Below are positions 25,441 to 38,890 of a stretch of DNA of 64,000 nt, one piece after another (the first letter of the stretch is position 1; each line of letters starts with the position of its first letter). The stretch comes from Glycera tridactyla (Eukaryota). The translations under genes were made by a program, and so were the position numbers. The stretch spans positions 42,904,001 to 42,968,000 of the forward strand of contig OZ286459.1 of the NCBI GenBank assembly GCA_965644265.1, written 5' to 3'. Under the pieces are notes generated by a model. The model was given only the letters and a program-made list of their open reading frames with translations, had not been told where the DNA came from and searched no databases.

Positions 25441-28400
25441 TTTACTTCATCATGCATAGCTTGTATTACACATTATGATATGATCATCAAGTCACTTTCT
25501 TCATTAGAATTCTGGAGAAATTGATTTGAGATTTTCTTCTCGAGGTTTCCAAATTTGGAGTTCAGAAATTATCCAAATTTGACCAGGAACTGCACTTTTA
25601 GAATAGATTTCTTGCGAGACTGAATGTACAGTACTATCAAAATCATCTAAATTTTGCATCAGTTGATTACAGCAACCAGACTTCTTTGTGAGATATTTCC
25701 ATTCACATACCATAGGCAAGGTCAGGGTTGGATATAAAGTTTTAAGTGACAATATTGTGTTTCTGTGGTTACCATGGCAACCATCAGAGAGGTCAACAAG
25801 TATCAGACCACCAATAGAAGCTGTGTCTATTGTTCCTCTACACACTGCATTGATTACGCCATACATAGACCAATATAAGCAGCAAACTCTGTTTTCATTT
25901 GCGTGTCAAGGCCTGAGGTCATTTAACCAGCATAAACTGCATTAGGAGTGTCCTTTCTAGCTAACTAGTCAGAGTTCCCTCTATAGATTAGCATTTCAGC
26001 TATAGCTAATCTGTGAAGGCAATAGAAAAGTTCAATTCACTGAAATGATTTGCTAAAGTAATTTTCATTCCTGGTGGCACTGAGATGGCAGTGCACAACA
26101 CTCTGTGGATGCCATGCTCAGCACCTCTAATTCAATCATCATCAATTTCACTTTATCCGTGGATACCTCAATTCAGGCTACTGGGTACAGTTTATGCCTT
26201 GAGTTTTGGACACAATGTAGAAGTCTTTCTAGTTGGAATTGATTCAGTATTATGGCACGGAATGGAAAGCGTCTTTTTTAATCTTAATCATTTTACCATT
26301 TCAATCATCATCCATTATTCATGATAATTATTAAATTACAAAGGCTGATTATGAAATGACATGACAACCATTGCAATCAAGTTCAAGTATGGATCCTGGT
26401 ACATTTGTTGCACAGGAGATGATTGTCCATGTTATACCATGGTTTAATCATGAGATTTAAATAGTAAATACGTCAAGATGAGTTCCAGATGCTGCTCGTA
26501 ACTGGTGTCAATTTATAGAGAGGGAGGCAGCAAGAGCTGCAGTGGATTTCTCATTTAGTTGGCAAAGGTCACTTGATAAGTACTTCTTCTCTTGAATCAC
26601 AGGCTTGTAATGAAAAGCACTCTAGATCTACTTCTTGGGGAGTAATATAGACATCTGAAATGGCCTCCAGACGGAACAACTTCCTGGTAGTGCTGAAAAT
26701 GTTTGTCAATCATTCAATATACGGCATCTCAAGAACTTTTCATAGGTGGACTTCCCACTTCAAATGCCATGCCAATCCGCACCCCACCCACCCTTTGTAG
26801 CAAATCTGTATAGTTCAAATATTGGCTCAACATCAATTAGAATCCATTCATAAATCAATTTGAAATCTAAATGGTCGATACCTGAAATGGGGACCGATTA
26901 CTAACACTACTTCCTGGACATGATAGCTGTTGCTTCATGAGCCAACTTGGGGGAAATATCCAAAAAACACACATCAGATTGCTACCTAAGTGTAAACCAC
27001 CAGATGCATCCAATATCATATATTCATGGGATTACATGAAAGAGAGAGGAGAGGGAGGGGGTGAGAGAGAGAGGGGGGTGAGAGATAGAGGAGAGAGAGG
27101 GAGAGAGGGGGAGAGAGGGGGAGAGAGGGGGTTAAAAATAGAGGGGAGAGAGGGGGAGAGGAGGGAGAGGGAGAGGGGGGGGGGGGAGAGATAATGGGGT
27201 TCCCACTCAGATTAAGAGTAGGTTACTGATTTCAGCATACTGCAGAGCCCTGACGAGGAGACTTTTGCTGCAGTTTCCCCCTTTGGTAAGTGAATTTCTT
27301 ACTTTTATGAGGGTGACAGCACTGTACAATATGACATCAGCATGGTGCTGATTTACAGGTTCCTGATTGACAGATCTGCTAAAGAACTCACAATGCAAAG
27401 ACAATTGCTGATGAGAAAACTTCCTCCAGATTACCATCTCAAGTTTATGTCTCAAGTTTAATCCCTAGATCCAAGTATATAGTGTTTTTTTTCAGAGATA
27501 TGGATCAGGTCTTTTTTGCCATCATCAATGGTATATTATGTGATGGCACTATGAATCACAGACTGACATTGTGAATAACATGATTATTTGCAGGTGTAAA
27601 TGCCAGTTTTCTCAACTCATTCAATCCTATCCATTCCAATAGGTCGATGGGCTTCGATGCTTGCACCTACATAATAAACAGTACATTATACAGTCAAATA
27701 TGTTCTTAGCAGCCACCTTTCAGGATGGAAACAAGTGCCTGCTTAGGGCAATGGCTGCTTAGGACAGGACAGACTGTATATCTTATACCGGGTGAATGAC
27801 ATCTTGAATCCATGGATGATGGTATTTGATATCCTTCTGGTGTACTTGATGACAATCTAAGTAGGTAGGAACACTTGGAAGAGCAAGGTTGTACATATAT
27901 ACATGTGGATGGTTTTCTGTGCAGTTTCAGACAGCATGTGCACAACACACAAATGGATACCAACTATCATACATTAAAAATCTCACCTTGGATGACTACA
28001 TGCAGGATCCTGAGGATCACATCCGATGGTCAAAATGAAAGCAAGTCAGTAATTTCAAGAAATATCCAGTCAGTGTTCAGGTTGAGATGTGCGAATAATC
28101 AGCTGTGCAGTTGGGTCTGGCACACACCAGCACTATGTAGCCGACTGCCTCACGCTGCCTCGCGTAATAGTTAATCTCAATGCACCACGCACAATTGCAT
28201 GGAAGCAGAATGGAATGAGCAAGGGTGATCACTTGCCGTCGTAATTCTAATTAAAAGTAAGAATGTCTCGGCGAATACGAGGAGCCAGTGGCGGTTGGGC
28301 AGAGTCCAGTAGCGAGGAAGGCCGTGTGTGTCAGGCTGACAGTGGTATGTGGGCATGTGACAGAGATGGCCGTGTGTCTATATTATTAGTGACTTCCTGG

Positions 28401-28840
28401 CGGGAGCGTGCAAGCCTAGCTGGACCGTTGTGTGTATACAAACACTGATGGTGGCCAAGTGCAAGGCATAACGCCAGCTTCCTGCAGCATCGATCTGCCA
28501 CCATCACGGGGGGTCACTCCAGCCGTAAGTCCGCACAAGAGCATCTCCGTGGAATTCTACTGGGTAGAATTACTGTACAACAACGCTACCTCACAAGACG
28601 CTAGACTGNNNNNNNNNNNNNNNNNNNNNNNNNNNNNNNNNNNNNNNNNNNNNNNNNNNNNNNNNNNNNNNNNNNNNNNNNNNNNNNNNNNNNNNNNNNN
28701 NNNNNNNNNNNNNNNNNNNNNNNNNNNNNNNNNNNNNAATTATTTTGGCACACACAATATAATTTGGGCGTTTGGAACACATTTCATGGACCTGTTGGCA
28801 GTACAATCTGGAAATATGTCTCTGACATGATTTCTATAAA

Positions 28841-29102
28841 TGTGTGTTATATCAGTATGATAACATTGCTTTTTGATGTGGTGAATGTTATATCAACTTG
28901 ATAACATTGCTTTTTGATGTGGTGAATGTTATATCAACATGATAACATTGCTTTCTGATGTGGTGAATGTTATATCAGTATGATAACATTGCTTTTTGAT
29001 GTGGTGAGTGTTATATCAGCATGATAACATTGCTTTTTGATGTGGTGAATGTTATATTAGCATGGTAACATTGCATTTTGATGTGGTGAGTGTTATATCA
29101 GC
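28841..29102. repeat. 43-bp minisatellite, about 6 units
   Basis: GTTATATCAG.ATGATAACATTGCTTTTTGATGTGGTGA(A/G)T repeated. Confidence 0.9.
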
Positions 29103-30257
29103 GCTTTGCTTTGCTTAAAAAGTAAGCATAGCTATCAGACATGAGTGTCAGCTTCCATCCAGTTACATAGTTAGATAAGTCATCGTCAGGTGTAACATGT
29201 TCATGTCAAATCAAAAGAGGCGTGCCTGAACTGTCAGCCACTACTTGGACAACCTTTCAGGTTCCCCATCATCGCCATAGATAGGCACTAGCGTCTGCGG
29301 GCCGCCACCTGACCCATCCGGCAACATCAGGTTAGCGAGTCCCTCTTTAATTAACAGCCCGTCCGCCCAATTTCCTCCCACCCTCCCTACCTGCCAGTGT
29401 CACTGTAGCCAAATCTTTATTAGGGACCTCCCTATCAGGGACCCCCCCCCCACACACACACACACACTCCTTCAGGACATGATCTACACTTTGACCAATA
29501 TGATGGTAGCCTGTTTTCAAACTGTATGTTGATTGCTGCAGGTGACTTGATCATGATGAGACTGTGTCTGATAATCACCAGAATGTACGTATGTAAACTT
29601 AGACGAACATCAGGAAATTGCTGAGGCGGACTCTTCTGACCAAATTGAGGCATTATCATATCAGGTGTATTCCTCCAAGAAGGCCAAAATGGGGTGTCCG
29701 TTAATATACATATACCTTTTTCAGGAATTTCATATTTGAGTCTGCTCTGCATGTTCGAAGTCACGATGACATTCTGGTGGTTTTGTCACAGTGCACATTG
29801 AGATTCATGGCAGTATATATGATATCCATCAACTGTAAATTCACCTTGATTCTTTGAAGATCATTTCTAACTCTCACCCAATCATATAACCAAGTGATCG
29901 TCAATCCGGTATTCATAAAAGTATGCAGGCAGAGTCTGATCCTACCATTCGATTATGAAAATTGACTGGGGTTTCTTCCTACAGAATATGGTGTTCGGTG
30001 TTTAAATTTGACAGTTTAATGATGGTAGTGAACCCCCTCCGAATCAGTTTTGTTTGGTGGTGTTTCCCGCCAATGACTGCCACGCGGGAGGTGCACGGAT
30101 CAAAGCCGATGAAGTCAAGCATATAGTATTTAATATGAACGCTTAAAATTGCAGACAGACAGAGAGATCATCATCATCATCATCATCATCATCATCGTCA
30201 TCATCATGATGATATTTCTTGACTGTTATTTAGAGCGTCGCCATCGTCATCTCCGCA

Positions 30258-31002
30258 TTTTCTTCCGTCGGAGACGTCACTACTTTCACTTTGGGGTTCC
30301 CACTCATTCTAGACATTACTATCGTCAATTTTGTGTAGCAATTTGACTGTGTTCAAGTCACACAGTGAGTGTGCAGCCATTTGTAAACAGCTGGTATAGA
30401 ATCATAGGAATTGAACCAAAACTGCATGAAAAATAAGCGAATCATGTGAAAAACATACGTTATTGCATGAAACGCTGCTAAATTTGGATGTTGTAGATGC
30501 CTGACTGCGTGAGGACATTGAGAAAGAAAAATATCTTATGAGAAGCGACACAGTGGTCAAAGACAGTGCCATTACTGGGGAAACCCCTCCGTGATGTCAT
30601 AACAGCATTGCGTGTTCTCACAGTTGAACCGAAAAATTCGCTGATTTGCCAGGTAACAATGGTTAGAACCATCGGCTCACTCTTTGAACATGTCATCGAT
30701 TTGCTAGAACTGTAAACACGGTATTCGACGAAGAGTGGCGTGTTTCTACAACTCGAAGGTGATCGATTACAATTTCGCCCGTGAAGGTGAAAAATGCGAT
30801 GCAAGTGACGGAATAACATTAATTTCCCAAAAACCTGGCTGGATGCAGTCGCTTAGTCGGATACGTATATGATCGAGCGTGAGAGGATAGCCAGGTTTTC
30901 TGTACATTTTTGTCACTTGTAGCAGCTCTCTCTCCCCCTTTAAATTACCACCTCTCTGCTGTAAATCGACGACCATTCTTCTTTTTGAAGAAATTTCTTG
31001 TT
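30258..31002 (+). mobile_element. HINE-like element, same family as 33998-36159
   Basis: TTCCGTCGGAGAC start; about 350 bp homologous to 36510-36850; TTCTTCTTTTTGAAGAAATTTCTTGTT end. Confidence 0.65.
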
Positions 31003-31054
31003 TCCTATCTGTCTGGATATTTGTCTGTCTGCCTGTCTGTTTGTCTGTTTGTCT

Positions 31055-31400
31055 GTCCGTGGATATCTCCCAGGCATTGGATACCATTGTTCATTGTGTA
31101 TTAGAGCTTCTGAATGGTCAGTTTGAAGAAGGGGTAGTATATGACGCCAGTTCGCAAGAGAAAGCAATAAATCTTGGAGTCCCACAAGGATTCACATTGG
31201 GGCCTCTTTTTCACAATTTCTATCAATGATATTGTCCAACATATAAATGTATCCAAACCTTCCCTCCAGGAAGTTGACACTGTCATTACAATAGTTCCGG
31301 AGGAGCTCAATCTTTGAGTCACAGTAAAATCATATTGACCTCATTCATGACCTTCAGTATGGAGTAGGAGAATAGGCTTATGGCCTGATGCTTTATTTCT
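31055..31400 (+). mobile_element. CR1/L2-clade LINE RT relic
   Basis: DISQALDTIVH and LGVPQGFTLGPLF motifs. Confidence 0.7.
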
Positions 31401-33050
31401 GTACGTTATTGCTCCATCGTATGGATATGACACAATATTCACGGTATCGCCTGCCTAAAGTTGTGTCTGGTGTCTGGTGTCTCTTGACTACAGCACATTC
31501 GTCAACCAACACCCCAACCAACCAACATCAAGCACCTCACCCCACTTGTCTATTCTTTTCCAGACCCCGCTCTCCTTTCAAATCAGTCATCTCTCTTAAC
31601 TCTGCCACCCATATGACGAGGCTGAATTTACATTTTGGCAACTAGTAATCTGATCATGATGAAAGTACTTGGATATCTAATTTCAGCTCACCCAATATGT
31701 CATCTTTTTGCATCTGTACATTGAGGCCAGTAGCTGTATTTCTATCAATCCACACGAGAGGGCCAGTCAATTTTGTCGGCAGCTTCAAATTACGAATGGG
31801 AAGGAAAGAGGGCAAATCCTCATCTAAAATACACAGACTTTCTGAAATCAGATTTGACTGTAAAGGAGGGCCGATACCATCCAGTCATACTATAAAAATG
31901 AGATCAGATCTCAAATGACGAGCAAGGCATATGAAATGTCCCACACAATTGAATTGGACAGATTCTATCGACTCTTTTTACTCAACTTTGGATGAAATGG
32001 TGATTCCTATCAGAATTCATCATGATTTAGTGTTCTGTTCGCCAGTATTTGGTGGTAATTAATGAATTTGTGAGACCCTGGCTCCCCTCATACATGCTTC
32101 GTTTACCATGATGGGGCAGGAAAAATTGATCATGACACATTTCTGTCATGCGTATGATGACATTTATCATTTAGTCTGTGAGACATTTGCAATGGTTGAG
32201 CATATGCAGTGAAGACTAAGTGGATGTATCATAAGGTAGTATTACAGATGACCTTTGAATGCATAAAAACTAACCATAGCAATGTGCTTTTGTGAGATTA
32301 GGAGTCTGATAGTCACTGTAAACATAACATGGGTTGCTAGAGGGCAAGTTATATTGACAATATTGAAATAAGCGACCACCCTCAATGTCACCCGAAAAAT
32401 AGTCTCTCAAAAGTGCTATTTTTGACCATGGCAAAAAAAACTATGGGAAAACGTAATCTCTCATCAATTACACACCGATGTGAATGGATGGGTGCACATC
32501 AGCATCACAACCATCAAAGACAAGGCTCGTATGCCACAAAGGAATGGCAGCAATATCACAGCATGACTTCCATTTCTGAATATGAAAGTAGCCCCAAAAC
32601 ATCATTTTGAGCAGTAAATACATGACTGATACAATTTAATTGAATAATAATCCACACAAATGACCTGGAGGTTGACATGAGAGTAGTATTGAAGTCGCTG
32701 AAGACGTTGAAGTCTGGGAGGTTTTCAGATGAATTAATGTTTGAATGATGCTGGTGAAGAACCATCAAAACTATCCTTTCAACTGATCATGCACCAAGAG
32801 CCATCTCTCCATGGAAAACATGGCTTTATTCATGTGATCACCATCCACATGTCGCACTGTCCCACTATTAACCTGTGTTATATCAGGGACTTTGGTATTT
32901 GAAACTCAAGACAATCGTAACTACTGGAAAACCTCCTGTTTGACATATTCAAATATACTCCTGAAGAGGAACTACTTCTTCTGGGAGACAGCTCTCTGGT
33001 GATATATGGGGGTGTCTTTGGCCACAGGTTTAATCGTAATTGGTATAGTA

Positions 33051-33221
33051 CAGTGCAATATATGATGGGGAACCATCCTAAATGTCACTCAAAAGCGGTC
33101 TCTCAAAATGGAAGGTTTCTTGGGATTATTTCTGACTATGTCAAATGAGAGAGCTGCCCTGAAAGCAGTCTTCCTCAGAGGTGGTCTCTTGTCAGAAAGT
33201 CTCTCATCACAGGTTTCACTA
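33051..33221. mobile_element. Same MITE family, diverged
   Basis: TA|CAGTG start, ACAGGTTTCACT end, shared GACTATGTCAAAT core. Confidence 0.7.
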
Positions 33222-33997
33222 TAAATCTATAATGCATATGGATTGAATACCTATTATTTCTTGCCAATAGCATAGCAGATTCCACTGTTTTCTCTGCCTT
33301 AATTTCGCCTTCATTATTAGTAAAGTTTCAATCATGTAGCCTTGGACATGAGGACATATGGAATGCATACATAAACTATAACAAGTGTTCTTAACTAATA
33401 TTGGGCTCTCACCTGCAGGTTGGTAGCAAGAGATTCAAAAGGATAAATTCAACAATTTGAATGTTTCAATGATAGGCAAGTCTGCTTGATGAGAGATCAG
33501 AGTCTATAGTTAGGTCCTGAATACAATAGCAGGGAGATGGCATATGGTTAAGGTGAATTTTATTGTCAGACCTATTTTTGACTGTTTTTTAGAAATTCAC
33601 ACAAGTGAGGGCCGGGAGAACGATACTTTATTTTGGGCCAGCTCTTTGATATGCTTGATATTGATTCTGCATGCTCATGATGGGGTGGTCATAACTTTGT
33701 ATCACATACTGTAGTTAGTTATGTAACAAGTTCTGTTAATGTATCTCACCATAGCTAATTTATCATAATGTCTCCCATTAGCAGCAGTAGGACTCTTCAC
33801 ACTTTTATTGGAGGATGGACATGGTGCAAACCTAAAGTCAGTGCACTCATATACCATCTCTTTTGTGACAAGTCCCCCATTATGGAGAACTGTCCGATAG
33901 ATCTACATCGATTTTAGCCTCAAATACCTTTTCTCATGTGGCATAAGCATTCATGACAGGACTATTTCCTTGTGAGCAACCCTGAAAACACAGTGTT

Positions 33998-36159
33998 AAC
34001 AAGAAATTACTTCAAAAAGAAGAATGGTCGTCGATTTACAGTGGAGAAGTGGTAATTTAAAAGGAAAAATGAATGAAGTGGAGAGAAAGAAAGAGAGAGA
34101 GCCTGTGTTTGTGTTCTCCAAAGAACAAATAGACTGGTTATCACCTCTCAAACTGCGTATATAACGGAAGAAAACATCGAAATCTCGCCCCACGTGAACT
34201 AGCTCGAAGTGATTCCTCCTCATTTCGCCATGAAACGTATTTTTCGACTTGTAAAGCAGCATGAAGAAACTCGCGATCGCCATCTTGGTATTTCTACAAT
34301 CGAATCATATGATGACGGAATTCGCCTCCAACAAAGAAATAGACTGGTTGTCATCTCTCAAACTGCGTATATAACGAAAGAAAACATCGAAATCTTGCCC
34401 CACGTGGACTAGCTCGAAGTGATTCCTCCTCATTTCGCCATAAAACGTATTTTTCGACTTGTAAAGCAGCATGAAGAAACTCGCGATCGCCATCTTGGTA
34501 TTTCTACAATCGAATCATATGATGACGGAATTCGCCTCCAACAAAGAAAAAGACTGGTTATCACCTCTCAAACTGCGTATATAACGGAAGAAAACATCGA
34601 AATCTGGCCCCACGTGAACTAGCTCGAAGTGATTCCTCCTCATTTCGCCATAGAACGTATTTTTCGACTTGTAAAGCAGCATGAAGAAACTCGCGATCGC
34701 CATCTTGGTATTTCTACAATCGAATCATATGATGACGGAATTCGCCTCCAACAAAGAAATAGACTGGTTATCACCTCTCAAACTGCGTATATAACGAAAG
34801 AAAACATCGAAATCTTGCCCCACGTGAACTAGCTCGAAGTGATTCCTCCTCATTTCGCCATAGAACGTATTTTTCGACTTGTAAAGCAGCATGAAGAAAC
34901 TCGCGATCGCCATCTTGGTATTTCTACAATCGAATCATATGATGACGGAATTCGCCTCCAACAAAGAAATAGACTGGTTATCACCTCTCAAACTGCGTAT
35001 ATAACGAAAGAAAACATCGAAATCTGGCCCCACGTGAACTAGCTCGAAGTGATTCCTCCTCATTTCGCCATAGAACGTATTTTTCGACTTGTAAAGCAGC
35101 ATGAAGAAACTCGCGATCGCCATCTTGGTATTTCTACAATCGAATCATATGATGACGGAATTCGCCTCCAACGAAGAAATAGACTGGTTGTCATCTCTCA
35201 AACTGCATATATAACGAAAGAAAACATCGAAATCTCGGCACACGCGACCTAGCTCGAAGTGATTCTTCTTCATTTCGCCATTAAACGTATTTTGTTTCAT
35301 GTAAAGCAACATGACGAAACTTCGGCCGGCTTTGTTGACAGCTTGTCAAACACGTGGCTTCCGCGAATTCTCACATCGCCTTTTAAGGCTAAAATACCAT
35401 AGAAATATTGAACTCACGGTGAAGACGATTACACGATTAAATCACGGATATTCGATTGTATATACTCACATGTATAAATTCCGAGAATCCGTCGAATATT
35501 CGCCAGAAACAGTGGAGATGTCAAGCGGGCCCTGTTTGGTTTGGCCTACATGTTTCATTCGTGAGATCGGCTTCCTTGTGGTTCCGAAACCTGCGCAGAC
35601 GCAATGAAATCGTCTTCTGCGCACATTGTTGACATCTCGCGACGAGAGCCCCATGAAAGCAGGTCGCTGATAGGTCGATTTCGCCGGGATTCCGACAATT
35701 TGGCCAATCAGTGAGCGCGACAGATATGAATTATTTATAAACTATTATGGGATGGATCGCCGCCTCATTCGCATATCGATATAATGACGTCACCGGAAAG
35801 GCTTCCCCGAGAAATTCCGCGCTCTCTATCCGTAAGTGTCGCTTTCTCCGTCATATTTTTCGTTTCAAACGTTCTCACGCAGTCATTTATCAATTTTATC
35901 AAGATTTCTCTCTATTTCACGTGATAAGTAAACTTTCTCACACTAATCGCATATTTTTCAGGCAGGGTCGATCTAATTTTGATGATTCCAGAAGCATCTT
36001 TTACAAAGGGTCGTACTCGGCCAGTGTCGGCTCTTAATGTCTACTTTCGCCGACTTTCTCACGTTTCTCTGTGTAGTCCTCCACAAAACCGGGCGATGTT
36101 ATCGTCTAGATTGAGAGGGAATCCCAGAGTGAAAACAGTACCGTCTCCGACGGAAAAAA
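33998..36159 (-). mobile_element. Helentron-associated (HINE/pearl-like) non-autonomous element carrying a tandem array
   Basis: On the minus strand: T-run plus CCGTC-GGA-GACGG 5' hairpin, a (CT)n tract, a TTCTTC/GAAG 3' stem-loop and a CTTGTT end. The same ends occur at 30258-31002 and 36510-37356. Confidence 0.65.
34116..35297. repeat. 210-bp tandem array, about 5.6 near-identical units
   Basis: AGACTGGTT recurs at 34131, 34341, 34551, 34761, 34971 and 35181; units differ at only a few positions. Confidence 0.97.
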
Positions 36160-36509
36160 GTAGCGTGGTTTAACAAGCAAGCAACTGGATATGGCGAGGA
36201 TGATTGGTATTCAGATATGCCAGCCATAGGCTCCCGCCTCCTCTCCAACTAATTGACACAGGACTACACACAGCATGTGAATGTCAAGTCACACGTCATC
36301 CGCAAGAGGAGAGTGGCAAGAGTGCATCTAGTATACGTCATTTCAAAAATGCCTTGTCACCTGCAACTGACCTATGAATCATGGTCTGAGTAAACTGCAA
36401 GAATGCCAGTGAGAGGGTGCGTTGGAGAGATTCTGTAGGTGGCAGGCTTGCCTAAGATGTGACCTACACCACCCTAAAGCAACTATCACCAAAATTGAAA
36501 AGACTGCAA

Positions 36510-37238
36510 TTTTTCCGTCGGAGACGGTACCGATTTCGGTTTGGGACTCCCTCCCATTATAGACAATACTATCGTCCATTTTGTGGAGTGATTTGACAAG
36601 GTTCACATCACACAGTATGTAGGCAACCATTTATAAACAGCTGCTATGAAATCATCAGAATCAAACCAAAACTGCATGAAAAATAAGCGAAATGTGTGAG
36701 AAACAGTAGTTAGTGTGTGAAATACTGCTATATATGGATACTATTGATGCATAAATGTGTGAGAATATTGAGAAAGAAAAATACTTTATGAAAAGCAACA
36801 CACGGTGGTGAAAGACAGCGCCATTGCTGGGGAAACCCCTCCGAGACATCAAAACTATTAAACATGGTGCGCAGGGAAGAAGTTGCCGCTCGATCGATAG
36901 TTCACTGTTTCTGGTGAGTATACGATGGATTCACACAATTTATACATGGGTTATACACAGCTGGATATGAAAGACTTCACTTCATCACCAAACGAGTCAT
37001 AATGCGCGTATTCGCCGGTAAGCCAGTAATAGCGATGATGATGTTTCTCGCAGTCGGAGCTCCGAGTACGGGAATCAGAGAGACCGCAAAGTCACAATCA
37101 TCCTCCCGGCGAACCCTCGATCACCTAGTGCCGCTAGCGGCACAGTCACGCAGTCCTGTCAAAAGAGGGCGAGACCACTCTTCATGCTGCCGATACATGC
37201 TGAAATGTCTGTCTGTCTCTCTCTCTCCCCCTCTCTCT

Positions 37239-37271
<33 letters not shown>

Positions 37272-37356
37272 CACTTCATACAATTTCCCCTTTTAAATTA
37301 CCATCTCTCGGCTGTAAATCGGCGGCCATTCTTCTTTTTGAAGAAATTTCTTGTTT
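36510..37356 (+). mobile_element. HINE-like element, same family as 33998-36159
   Basis: TTTTTCCGTCGGAGACGG start, (CT)n tract, terminal stem-loop plus CTTGTT. Confidence 0.65.
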
Positions 37357-37749
37357 TCAGATGCTCTTGATAGCTCACCTCGGGGAGCTGTTCCCAGGAG
37401 CATGATGCACATTATTCGATCAACCATGTTGGGGGGGGGGTATGTGAGAGAANNNNNNNNNNNNNNNNNNNNNNNNNNNNNNNNNNNNNNNNNNNNNNNN
37501 NNNNNNNNNNNNNNNNNNNNNNNNNNNNNNNNNNNNNNNNNNNNNNNNNNNNNNNNNNNNNNNNNNNNNNNNNNNNNNNNNNNNACACAGGCCCTCATAT
37601 TAACATTTTCTGTTTTTATCTAAACGTGAGAAGGGCATAATGATTCATTTCCGAAAATTTTGAATGTTCAATATTGTATGTAATTCACTGGCCGGGGTAC
37701 ATCCATTGGCCTTAACAACCATACCTAGACCCATGTTCTGTAGTACTAA

Positions 37750-38350
37750 GTTATGTTGAATCAAAATGATAAAGTAAAGACGGAGATAACCAATGACTTG
37801 AATAAGATAAGCCTGATGTCCTGAGGGATAATTTTATAATCTCTCAAGGTCAACTGTAGTTTAGAACTCAGCATAATGCCTAGGCACTTGAAATGATCTG
37901 CCTGATAATTTTTTTCTCTGTTGGTTGATACTGTCGAAGGCTTTCTTTAGATAAGAAGCGCCATGCCGGTGATCTTTTTTTCATAGAAACCTATAAATGA
38001 TTTATTCAGCAGAGTTAAGGCACACATTGATGTCGAACTGCCTTCTCTGGTGCCTGCATGATGGGAATTTTTGTCAGTATGCATCTGGCTATTGCCCACC
38101 CGTTCAAGCAGTCTACTCATTACTCAGAGTACTGATAATGGCCGATAATTGCCTCCATCAGATTCAGATCTATCTCTATACAAGGAAGTGGCGTTTGCAA
38201 TTTTTTGATCATCTGAAAATATATCATTTAGCAGTGACATATTGATGTGTTAGAACGGCATTTCAAAAACCTTGTATATTTGCCATCTGCAACTGCAGCT
38301 AATGAAATTCTGTTGAAACTGGAGATATTCACGGAACTGATCATATCTTG
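37750..38350 (-). mobile_element. CR1/L2-clade LINE RT relic
   Basis: GNYRPLSVLS, KITGMALL and a KAFDS-like segment on the minus strand; heavily mutated. Confidence 0.6.
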
Positions 38351-38559
38351 CAGAGACCAGCTGAAACAGACAAGCTAATTCAGATCATACTAGCAAAAAG
38401 TGTTATCTTCTATATCTTTGCAATGTATCGTCGTCTTGCATGAGGATAACTGACTCCCTTCTTTTTGTATTCGCAAAGAGATAATCTCCCATACTTTCTT
38501 CGATCTTGTTCTGCTGATTGTCAATTATACCATTCTGGAGGTAACTTTTTCCCAAATTA

Positions 38560-38890
38560 TTATCAATAATAACAATAATAATGATGATAATGAACATTTG
38601 TATAGCGCCTTTTTGATGTCCAAAGGGAGTGAATTTTGCAAGGATGTGGCAGCATGAGTGAGAATGCAGTGTCGTAGTTTCAGGCAGCGTGTTTTGGGGG
38701 TAAGGTGATTGTCAGAGGAGCGAAGAGAGCGGGAGGGGATGTATGGATGGAGTAGTTGTAACAGGTAATTTGGGGGCATGGCGTCAAGAGCCTTGTAGGT
38801 CAGGGACAGGATTTTGAAAGTAATCTTGTGTTCAATAGGAAGCCAGTGAGGTTTTCCAGGATAGGAGTGATGTGTTGATGTTGACTGCAG
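38560..38890 (-). mobile_element. L2 LINE 3' end
   Basis: HITPILENLHWLPIEHKITFKILSLTYKAL..PSRSLRSS, then GCGCTATACAAATG and an (ATT)n-like tail. Confidence 0.85.

Noticed and set aside
26937-27194. Glu/Arg/Gly-rich ORF
   Set aside because: Translation of a (GA)n/G-rich simple repeat.
29560-29960. RTE-clade endonuclease relic (QGEFTVDGYHIY, minus strand)
   Set aside because: Only one short motif is recognisable, too little to list as a feature without a profile search.
33412-33520. Possible minus-strand exon with CAG|GTGAG donor
   Set aside because: All frames from the candidate acceptors contain stops, and no partner exons were found.
34209-35252. Five repeated 67-aa ORFs (and 62-aa antisense ORFs) as a tandem gene cluster or CRISPR-like array
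   Set aside because: GTG starts, no recognisable domain and no unique spacers. The units are a satellite inside a non-autonomous element, and one nearly open frame out of six is expected by chance.
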